64,000 nucleotides of DNA from an uncultured Eubacteriales bacterium (GTDB lineage: Bacteria; Bacillota; Clostridia; Oscillospirales; Acutalibacteraceae): positions 7,257 through 71,256 of the forward strand of contig ONCR01000011.1 of assembly GCA_900316345.1 (NCBI GenBank), written 5' to 3'. The position numbers and the translations under genes are program-made. Below the pieces are notes generated by a model. The model was not told the origin of the DNA, made no database searches, and saw only the letters and a list, made by a program, of their open reading frames with translations. Of this stretch, positions 11,616-18,556 are shown in pieces (the first letter of the stretch is position 1; every line of letters starts with the position of its first letter).

Positions 11616-14600
11616 TTAGCTTATAAAGCTTTCATCCTTATAAGCAAGGTAGGAATAGCTGTCGCCGTAAGCAATCGGCGTAAGAGCGCCGTTATTCAGA
11701 ATTGCAAGGGCGTAAGACTGATTATCGCCCGTTACTGTTGTAAATGCGTCATAGGCAATATTTTCCTGAACGTTTTTGCCGTCATAGCCTACGCTTGCAA
11801 CATAGCCGCCGTCGGGATTTGAATATTCGCCCTTGACGGTTAAAACGCCGTCAACTGCAGCTTCGCTTACCTTAACACTTCCGCTGAGGCTGTATCCGGT
11901 CAAGATATAATTACCTTTAGAGAGGAGGGAATAATCTATACCGTTTACCCTTAGTTTAGTACCGGATACAGTTACTTCATCCTCAGCGGAAGCCGGAAGA
12001 ATATTAACGGTTCTGCCGAACGCGTCAACAATCTTAACCGCGTATTCCGGACATACGGGAGAAGCATAAGCCTTAACCTTGATGTTACTTTGTGTTTTCA
12101 CTTCATATGTTGAGGAATCTACACAAAGCGTTTGAGTATTTTCGCCAAGGCCGTTATCGTCTGTAAGCTCCCACTTATATATTTTTCCGTATTCTTCGGG
12201 AGCTTCAAGCTTAACTACGGAGCCGTAAGCATACTCGCCCGTACCGTCAACATTGCTGTAGAGCACACCGTTTTCGTCAACAACCGAAAAATCAACAGAA
12301 AAGGTCTGAACGCTGAGTTCAACATTATTTTCGTTAATAGCGGTAAGAAGCTCTGTTACGCGTTTATCGGATTCATTAATCAAATCCTGTGTGCCTATTT
12401 CTCGTTGTTCGTTATAATCGTTTTCATCAAATCTGTCGGTCGTTTTAAACGCGTCAAACTTCCTTTTAGCTTCGGCAAGGGCGCTGTTAGCCTCATCGCT
12501 GTACTTCTCGTGGTCAAGCGTTTCGTAAACAAGGTTCATATAGTTATAAACCGAAACATCAACACCCTCAACCTTTTCGTGGTTGGTTTTATCAACAACA
12601 CAAACAAAGGTTGCTAAATCGTTGTCCTCGCTGTCATAACCGAAGAGATGCTTTCTTCCGCCGGCAATAAGCGCTTCACGGGAAACTCTGAGGTTTTCTG
12701 CCGCCGTCTCAGCAGTGCTCTTATCGGTATAGATGTTTGACATAACGGCGTTAATTTCGTCCTTCGCCGTCTGAAGCGCCGCTTCGTAATCATCCCAAAG
12801 CTTCATATCAAAGCAATCGTAATTTGTATCGTAATCAAAGGAAATTACGATTTCCTGCCTTAAGTCCTCATATTCCTCGTCCTTATCAAATTCGCCTTCT
12901 TCAACAATTTCCGCGGCCTTTTCCATATCTGTGCAGGCGCCGTTAATCTTATCAACCGCTGTTTTAACGCCTGTTTCAATATTGGCAGCATAGTCAATGG
13001 TACCCATTGAAATATCTATACCCGTTACGCCGTCAACCTTTTTAAGAAAGTCCATAATTTCAGCAGCGCCCGTATCGCTGTTAGGAATAGCGTTAAACAC
13101 ATCCTTCTGTTCGGAGAGCTTCTTTAAAACAGGAACGATGTTGATTACATAAATCGGGGTTTGCTCATCTGAGTTTGTGTCTGATGTTTTTACGCTCGTT
13201 TCAGAGGTACCGCTACCCGTTCTTGCTCTCCAGCTTAATACAAATTTCTTTGATGTTGCTTCGGTTACTCCGGCGAAATCTGTTGCGCCGCTAATATATT
13301 TAATACCGTTAGCATAGCCGTTTCTTGCCTCACGGCCGCTCTTGGAATTATGCTTTTTATCGGCAAAAATATACGGAGTAACGCTGCTGTCCTTCGTATC
13401 GCCCGCGGTAATATAAGCGGTAATGTGATTTGTTGTGCTGTAATATGAGCTGTCATACTGAGCAACGGAGGTGCCGTCCATGCAGCCTGACCAGTTCAGC
13501 GCAAGAGAATCCATATTCATACTGTCGTCGTCATCGTGGTCCGCTTCGGCAATACCCTTCCAAAGGTGGTTAATGATATTGAAGTTTGCAGTATTAATAA
13601 GGCTTACAGTATAAACATAACGTTTCGTTTCGTTAATACTCAAAAGCGGACTCGCCGTGTTGTAGCCGACGTACTGAACAGGTAGCTTTGCATCATTAAT
13701 GCCGTCATATAACAGAACTGTGGGCGAATAGTAAACATAGTTATTGATGTCGCCTTTATTAGCAAAACGCTCGCCTACATGGTTTAAGCCCTGCTGCCAG
13801 TAAATGATATTATCATAAAGGCTTGTAACCTCTGAACTTTTAGTATTTGTTGTAAAGGTTGAGAAGGTAGGCACAACGTTTGCAGACTCCATATCAAAAT
13901 CCGTCATAGCTTCAAGATTATCGTGGAAGCTGACAACAAGCTCCTCAAGTGTCGGGTCCTCAAACTCGGTTGTGTCGCCGTAAGTGTAAGCGTCAATATA
14001 TTCCTTAGCTTTAATGTAATCCACATAGGTGTTATACATATTCATATACACCATTGTATTTTCGCCGTCGATAGCGGCAATTTTGCGCTCATAATCCTTA
14101 ACATACTCGATAAGCGTGTTCATCTGTGCCGAAATGCTTGACGGCTTAAGGTTCTGAAGGCCTGCGATAGCCTTGTCCATATCCTCGCTGTATTTATCAG
14201 CATAATAAACAACGTCGGAAGCAAAGTTGTAATTTGCAGGATTAAGGCTTGTTGCGGCGTCAAATGCACTGAAAATGCTTTCAAGTCCGCCGGCTTTATA
14301 ATCGGAAACCGCTGAAATATACTGTGCAGCATCCTCGCCTGCTGCGGCAATGGCTTCGCTCATCTTTTTCTGATTAATAAGGTAAATGCCGTTACTCCAG
14401 GACATTGAATATTCCGTACCGTCAGAGGAATCGCTACCGTTGTCGCCGTAAGCGTTCCATGATGTTTTACCAATAACCTTAACATTTTCGTCGAACGCTC
14501 CGCCTTTATAAATAATAGAGTTCTTAAGGCTTACTGCTGAATTGCTTGAACCGACTTGTATTAAATTTGCATTTGAGCCCGACGGAGCCGTTGCCGCAAG

Positions 14601-15266
14601 AGTAAGACCTGTTCCTGCATTCCAGTTGAAATCAACATTTCCGCCATACCAGATATCGTTTTTCATTTTGAAATCATCGTTTTCAACAATGTAGATACCC
14701 TTTGCTTTATAGGCATAACGGGAGCCTTCCTTTAATCCGCTCATAACAGGAACGCTAATTGGATTTACACCGTCATAGAGAAATACGCAACGCGGATAGT
14801 AAATATACGCAAAGCAGCCGTAAACAAGCAATCCTCTCTTACGGAGAATCTCTGTACCGCCCGTAAATGTGGTATCAGTTCCCTTATAAGCAACAAGATT
14901 GTTATAGTAACCGCTGTCAATCGTAACGCCGTTAATTGAAGCAGTACCCGTTGCGGTAATTCCTGTATAAGCGGTCATCTGCTCGGTTTGCTGAACAAGA
15001 GCAACCGTTGCGCCTTCAAGATCGACGGTTCTTCCGTTATCATAGGCATTAGCGGCGCCTATTGCGCTTTTATAGGCTGTATATGCCTTTGACATATTTG
15101 TGTAAACCGTTCCGTCCATTTTTGCTTCGTATGCTTCAATTGCCGAAGCAAGAGCTTCTCGTTCGGCTGAATCAGCAGACGCGGTAAACGGAAACACGGT
15201 TAATGCCGTAAGCACCATAACGATTGACATAAGCAAAGCAAATGCTTTTTTCGTAAGCTTTTTCAT
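11616..15266 (-). CDS. Large secreted surface protein (1216 aa) with a signal peptide, helical FIVAR-like segments and an internally duplicated beta-rich domain
   Basis: ORF 11616..15308. I prefer the ATG at 15266 (MKKLTKKAFALLMSIVMVLTALTVFPFTASA/DSAE), which has AGGAGG 8 nt upstream. The longer GTG start at 15308 lies inside the leader terminator hairpin. Confidence 0.8.
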   Translation of the reverse strand: MKKLTKKAFALLMSIVMVLTALTVFPFTASADSAEREALASAIEAYEAKMDGTVYTNMSKAYTAYKSAIGAANAYDNGRTVDLEGATVALVQQTEQMTAYTGITATGTASINGVTIDSGYYNNLVAYKGTDTTFTGGTEILRKRGLLVYGCFAYIYYPRCVFLYDGVNPISVPVMSGLKEGSRYAYKAKGIYIVENDDFKMKNDIWYGGNVDFNWNAGTGLTLAATAPSGSNANLIQVGSSNSAVSLKNSIIYKGGAFDENVKVIGKTSWNAYGDNGSDSSDGTEYSMSWSNGIYLINQKKMSEAIAAAGEDAAQYISAVSDYKAGGLESIFSAFDAATSLNPANYNFASDVVYYADKYSEDMDKAIAGLQNLKPSSISAQMNTLIEYVKDYERKIAAIDGENTMVYMNMYNTYVDYIKAKEYIDAYTYGDTTEFEDPTLEELVVSFHDNLEAMTDFDMESANVVPTFSTFTTNTKSSEVTSLYDNIIYWQQGLNHVGERFANKGDINNYVYYSPTVLLYDGINDAKLPVQYVGYNTASPLLSINETKRYVYTVSLINTANFNIINHLWKGIAEADHDDDDSMNMDSLALNWSGCMDGTSVAQYDSSYYSTTNHITAYITAGDTKDSSVTPYIFADKKHNSKSGREARNGYANGIKYISGATDFAGVTEATSKKFVLSWRARTGSGTSETSVKTSDTNSDEQTPIYVINIVPVLKKLSEQKDVFNAIPNSDTGAAEIMDFLKKVDGVTGIDISMGTIDYAANIETGVKTAVDKINGACTDMEKAAEIVEEGEFDKDEEYEDLRQEIVISFDYDTNYDCFDMKLWDDYEAALQTAKDEINAVMSNIYTDKSTAETAAENLRVSREALIAGGRKHLFGYDSEDNDLATFVCVVDKTNHEKVEGVDVSVYNYMNLVYETLDHEKYSDEANSALAEAKRKFDAFKTTDRFDENDYNEQREIGTQDLINESDKRVTELLTAINENNVELSVQTFSVDFSVVDENGVLYSNVDGTGEYAYGSVVKLEAPEEYGKIYKWELTDDNGLGENTQTLCVDSSTYEVKTQSNIKVKAYASPVCPEYAVKIVDAFGRTVNILPASAEDEVTVSGTKLRVNGIDYSLLSKGNYILTGYSLSGSVKVSEAAVDGVLTVKGEYSNPDGGYVASVGYDGKNVQENIAYDAFTTVTGDNQSYALAILNNGALTPIAYGDSYSYLAYKDESFIS

Positions 15267-15282
15267 TTTTAGTTCCTCCTTT

Positions 15283-15332
15283 AAAAATAAAAAGACCGAC
15301 TGCAACACTTAAAATAAGAATTGCAGCCGGTC
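15283..15332 (-). terminator. Riboswitch expression platform: intrinsic terminator in the leader of the surface-protein gene
   Basis: Minus strand reads GACCGGCTGCAA (15332..15321), a 15-nt loop, then TTGCAGTCGGTC (15305..15294). This is 12 bp with one G-U pair, followed by TTTTTATTTTT. The 5' arm is the 3' end of the conserved aptamer-like element. Confidence 0.75.
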
Positions 15333-15400
15333 GATCATACAATAAATTGGTTAGACACCTTGCTTTGCGTCACCGCCTTTCGACGGCTTTGCCCTTTAAT
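15321..15400 (-). promoter_or_regulatory. c-di-GMP-I (GEMM-I) riboswitch-like aptamer, copy 1
   Basis: Minus strand reads AUUAAAGGGCAAAGCCGUCGAAAGGCGGUGACGCAAAGCAAGGUGUCUAACC...GAUCGACCGGCUGCAA. It contains the GGCAAA / GNRA loop CGAAAG / GACGCAAAGC core of GEMM-I. It lies in the 5' leader of a surface-protein gene, and a paralogous copy sits 1.2 kb upstream. Confidence 0.8.
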
Positions 15401-16502
15401 CTGATTTTCTTTTTAATTGTTTTTCCTTATACATATTACGGTCCGCGCGTTGAATCAAATCTTCAAACGCTTCGCCGTTTTCCGGAGTTCCCCTCGCCCG
15501 TCCGAAAGAACAGGTTAAGCCTTCGGCTACTCCTTCGATTTTAAGGGAATCCAGGTCATTATGTATTTTGTTTTTTAAGGCTTCAAAATCATAATTATTA
15601 AGCCCTATGTTTATAATTAAAAACTCGTCTCCGCCATAGCGGTAAATATATTTTTCATCAATATTTGCCTTAAAAACATCGGCAATTGAAGCAATAACCC
15701 TGTCGCCGACTATATGGCCGTAGGTATCGTTAATATGCTTAAAATTATCACAGTCACACATAACAAGATAAAGGTGCTTATTGTAATAATTAACGCTGTC
15801 TTCAATAAGCGCATAGCGGTTTTTAAGCTTAGTAAGAACGTCGTATCTTACTGCCCTTTCAAGCGCGGAATTAAGCGAGGCAACCTTTTGGCGGCCCAAT
15901 TGCTGTTTTCGCATAAGGTGATACTTTGCCGAGCTTGCTACAATACAGATACAGGCAAAGGCAAAGAAATTCAGAATATGAATCGATGGCGCTCCGTCGA
16001 AATGAACCAAAACAATGTAACAAACGGTAAACGAAACGGAAAGAAGAATAAGGCTGATATAAGGTTTGATTATTATAAACGCAGCATATGTTACCATTAC
16101 AATATAAAAGGTTATTATATCCTTGCCATAAATATAGTGATTATACGAAAGATAGATGCTGTAAGCAGTAAGAATGGAAAAAGCAATAACCGTAACAACG
16201 GTAATCTTTATATGGGAAACAAATTCATAATTCTTTGCACGTTCAGAATAAAAGTAAAAGAACAAACAGAAAAATACAACAAATGCAACTGACATTGTGC
16301 TTTCCTTTATGTTTCTTACCTGAACAAGACCGGTTGCAACAAAAAGATAAGTAAACAGCTCATAAACTATAACAACTAAAGATATACTGTTAACATTTTT
16401 GATATTAGCTTTGTCCATTTCATTTGTAACACTTAAGGAATCCTTAGGACAGAGTATACTTTTAAGCCAAGATAAAAGATTTTTCATAAATAACCTTAAC
16501 AT
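15396..16502 (-). CDS. Membrane-bound diguanylate cyclase (polytopic N-terminal domain plus GGDEF domain)
   Basis: About 6 predicted TM helices are followed by a GGDEF domain (DVLTKLKNRYAL...DNFKHINDTYGH..GD...RYGGDEFLI...ADRNMYKEK). The start is ambiguous: ATG at 16502 abuts the leader terminator U-tract, and Met-6 at 16487 is the alternative. Confidence 0.9.
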   Translation of the reverse strand: MLRLFMKNLLSWLKSILCPKDSLSVTNEMDKANIKNVNSISLVVIVYELFTYLFVATGLVQVRNIKESTMSVAFVVFFCLFFYFYSERAKNYEFVSHIKITVVTVIAFSILTAYSIYLSYNHYIYGKDIITFYIVMVTYAAFIIIKPYISLILLSVSFTVCYIVLVHFDGAPSIHILNFFAFACICIVASSAKYHLMRKQQLGRQKVASLNSALERAVRYDVLTKLKNRYALIEDSVNYYNKHLYLVMCDCDNFKHINDTYGHIVGDRVIASIADVFKANIDEKYIYRYGGDEFLIINIGLNNYDFEALKNKIHNDLDSLKIEGVAEGLTCSFGRARGTPENGEAFEDLIQRADRNMYKEKQLKRKSD

Positions 16503-16503
16503 A

Positions 16504-16562
16504 TAAAAATCGACCGCAAATATATCGCATTGAAAAAAGCAATACTTTTGCGGCCGGTCGAT
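16504..16562 (-). terminator. Riboswitch expression platform: terminator-like hairpin in the leader of the cyclase gene
   Basis: On the minus strand, AUCGACC(ggcc)GCAAA (16562..16547) pairs with UUUGCGGUCGAU (16520..16509) and is followed by UUUUUA. The 26-nt loop contains a small hairpin. The 5' arm overlaps the 3' end of the aptamer-like element. Confidence 0.6.
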
Positions 16563-16630
16563 CGTATAGTTTTAGCTACTTAGACACCATAGCTTTGCGC
16601 CACCGCCTTTCGACGGGTTTGCCAAATATT
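16547..16630 (-). promoter_or_regulatory. c-di-GMP-I (GEMM-I) riboswitch-like aptamer, copy 2
   Basis: Minus strand reads UUUGGCAAACCCGUCGAAAGGCGGUGGCGCAAAGCUAUGGUGUCUAAGUAGCUAAAACUAUACGAUCGACCGGCCGC. It has the same core as copy 1 and lies between a consensus promoter and the GGDEF gene. Confidence 0.78.
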
Positions 16631-16647
16631 AATAAATTGTTAACATT

Positions 16648-16675
16648 ATTATATCAAAAATTTCAAATTTGTCAA
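16648..16675 (-). promoter_or_regulatory. Sigma-A type promoter for the riboswitch-cyclase transcript
   Basis: Minus strand reads TTGACA (16675..16670), a 16-nt spacer ending in TG, then TATAAT (16653..16648), about 20 nt upstream of the aptamer. Confidence 0.65.
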
Positions 16676-16744
16676 TAGTTTATCAAAAAAATTACCGCAC
16701 ATTTTAAACAAAGTTTTTCCGATAAAAGTACAGTAATAATTAGT

Positions 16745-16776
16745 AAAAACAACAAAAGCAGTGAATTAACACTGCT
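16745..16776 (-). terminator. Terminator after tRNA-Leu
   Basis: Minus strand reads AGCAGTG-ttaatt-CACTGCT followed by TTTGTTGTTTTT, 4 nt after the tRNA 3' end. Confidence 0.6.
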
Positions 16777-16780
16777 TAAG

Positions 16781-16865
16781 TGGTGCGCCTGACAGGACTT
16801 GAACCTGCACATCGGTAGATACTAGATCCTAAATCTAGCGCGTCTGCCAATTCCGCCACAGGCGC
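16781..16865 (-). tRNA. tRNA-Leu (anticodon UAG), class II with a long variable arm and encoded CCA
   Basis: Minus strand reads GCGCCTG-TG-GCGGAATTGGCAGACGCGC-TAGAT-TTTAGGA-TCTAG-long variable arm-GTGCAGGTTCAAGTCCTGT-CAGGCGC-A-CCA. The 7-bp acceptor stem, T-loop GGTTCAAGTCC and anticodon loop TT-TAG-GA are all present. Confidence 0.92.
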
Positions 16866-16897
16866 AAATGTGCGCGCTGTAAATAAACAACGTGGTT

Positions 16898-16925
16898 ATA
16901 ATAACACTTTATTCAGGGCTTTGCA
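16898..16925 (-). promoter_or_regulatory. Putative promoter of tRNA-Leu
   Basis: Minus strand reads TTGCAA, a 16-nt spacer, then TATTAT, about 30 nt upstream of the mature tRNA 5' end. Confidence 0.4.
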
Positions 16926-16930
16926 AGTGT

Positions 16931-17443
16931 TTATTCAGCTTTGTTTTTCTTTGATTTAACAATTCTTACAACAAATAAAACAATAATTACGGCAAAAACG
17001 AAATACATTAAAACGGTTTTTACGCTCGTAACCGCAGAAGCAAAGTGAATGAAACCATCGTTTGTATTAATCCCCTTCAACATCATTATTGAGCAGATAT
17101 TTTCGATATAATCAAGAACGGCAAGAACAATCGGGGCGGCAAGAAGAGCCGACCTTTTTTTCATAAGCGCATATACAGCAAAACAGAAAAACAGGCAATA
17201 TGCAATCGGGTAAACAAAATCAAGCGGAAGCTGAACGTGAAGATATGTATTCAGACCTTCGGGAGAAAGCAACGCCAAAAACCGTTTTGCGTCGTCGACG
17301 GAATATCCGAAATTCATATCAAAACAGCGTATTCCCTCGGTTGATTTTTCAATCGACGGAATCAGGACAAGGTTCATTACAAGGCAGATTACAGCCGTAA
17401 CCGCGCCGCTTACAATCAGAACAAGCTTTTCTTTCTTTTTCAT
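16931..17443 (-). CDS. Hypothetical polytopic membrane protein
   Basis: ORF 16931..17503. I prefer the Met at 17443 (MKKKEKLVLIVSGAVTAVICLV...) because the longer form overlaps comFC by 56 nt. It has about 5 hydrophobic helices. No family is recognised. Confidence 0.6.
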   Translation of the reverse strand: MKKKEKLVLIVSGAVTAVICLVMNLVLIPSIEKSTEGIRCFDMNFGYSVDDAKRFLALLSPEGLNTYLHVQLPLDFVYPIAYCLFFCFAVYALMKKRSALLAAPIVLAVLDYIENICSIMMLKGINTNDGFIHFASAVTSVKTVLMYFVFAVIIVLFVVRIVKSKKNKAE

Positions 17444-17447
17444 ATAA

Positions 17448-18158
17448 TCACCTTTTCTTCTTATGTTTGTTTGTAACCGTAAATGCCGCTGTATAAACCG
17501 CATTTGCGCCCGAATCCTTTACGGTAAAGGCAAGCTCGCTTAACGTGCTTCCGGTTGTTTTAACGTCATCAACAATCAACACGGTTTTGTTTTTGACATC
17601 CTTGCCTTCGATAAGGCTGAATGCGCCGTACAGGTTTGCTCTTCTTTCTTTTGCGCTTGATTTTCTCTGAGATTTGGTACGGCGGTTTTTATAAATCAAT
17701 TCGTCAAAAGGCACGCCGAGCCCGGCGGCGGTTTCACGCGCGAGAAGTTCGGACTGATTATAGCCGCGCTTTCTTTTTCTGCTTTTTGTCATCGGCACGC
17801 AGGTAACAACGTCAAAGCTCACGTCCTTAAAACGAAGCTTAACAGCCTTAACAATGTTTTCGCTCATAGCGGGAACAAGCTCCTTAAAGCCGGCGTTTTT
17901 CAGCCTGTAAACCGCTGAAACCGCGCTTCCTTCAAAATAATACGGAGCACAGAATGCCTTATAATCAGGCGAAAACTTTTCAATACTGCAAACGCAGTTA
18001 TTTACCTCGCGGCCGCATTTATTGCAGATTTTCCCTTCAATCATACTCAGGGCTTCGCATTGTTCACAGCGAATTTTATCAAGCTCAATTACTTCGCCGC
18101 ACAGCTCACAGCGTTTCGGGAATAAGACGTACAACAGCCTTTTAACTGCGCCGGTCAT
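17448..18158 (-). CDS. comFC: ComF family protein (ComFC-like phosphoribosyltransferase with an N-terminal zinc finger)
   Basis: An N-terminal C-x2-C...C-x2-C cluster is followed by a PRPP-binding loop VLIVDDVKTTGSTL. It lies next to comEA. Confidence 0.85.
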   Translation of the reverse strand: MTGAVKRLLYVLFPKRCELCGEVIELDKIRCEQCEALSMIEGKICNKCGREVNNCVCSIEKFSPDYKAFCAPYYFEGSAVSAVYRLKNAGFKELVPAMSENIVKAVKLRFKDVSFDVVTCVPMTKSRKRKRGYNQSELLARETAAGLGVPFDELIYKNRRTKSQRKSSAKERRANLYGAFSLIEGKDVKNKTVLIVDDVKTTGSTLSELAFTVKDSGANAVYTAAFTVTNKHKKKR

Positions 18159-18556
18159 ACGGTTAAATACCCTGCTACGGCTTTATAAGTTTCCTCGCCG
18201 AAGCCCTCTATTTCCATAATCTGTTCAACGCTTGTATACTTTCCGATGTGATTACGGTATTCGATAATTGCCGAGGCCTTCTTTTCGCCGAGGTGTTCAA
18301 TAGTCATAAGCTCCTCAAGCGTTGCGGTATTGATATTAAGGGGATAATCGGGAAGCGTTGTTTGCGCTTTTTCGGACTTTGAATCAGCCTTTGAAGCGTT
18401 ATCGCCTTTTGCGTCTTTTTCGGTTGCCGTTACCGCATTTTGCGTGGAATCGGTATAAATACGCGGCTGTGATAAGCCTATGGCGATAAACACCCCTGCT
18501 ATAACAAGCAGAGCGATACCTGTCATTATAAAGCTTTCGCGTTTATTTGTTTTCAT
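18155..18556 (-). CDS. comEA: ComEA-like helix-hairpin-helix DNA-binding protein (membrane anchored)
   Basis: An N-terminal TM helix is followed by a C-terminal motif LNINTATLEELMTIEHLGEKKASAIIEYRN..G.YTSVEQIMEIEGFGEETY, a tandem HhH. Confidence 0.85.
   Translation of the reverse strand: MKTNKRESFIMTGIALLVIAGVFIAIGLSQPRIYTDSTQNAVTATEKDAKGDNASKADSKSEKAQTTLPDYPLNINTATLEELMTIEHLGEKKASAIIEYRNHIGKYTSVEQIMEIEGFGEETYKAVAGYLTV

Noticed and set aside
15267-15308. A GTG-initiated N-terminal extension (MLQSVFLFLKEELK) of the large surface protein.
   Set aside because: The extension begins inside the 3' arm of the leader terminator hairpin and precedes the AGGAGG RBS. The downstream ATG at 15266 gives a textbook signal peptide.
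16547-16630. Whether riboswitch copy 2 (GGCGCAAAGC instead of GACGCAAAGC) is a changed-specificity variant, for example a cGAMP-sensing GEMM-Ib.
   Set aside because: As far as I recall, the known specificity switch is at the G preceding CAAA (G20 in Vc2). Both copies keep GGCAAA there. I cannot map the A-to-G difference to a ligand-contacting base without a structural alignment, so I make no claim.
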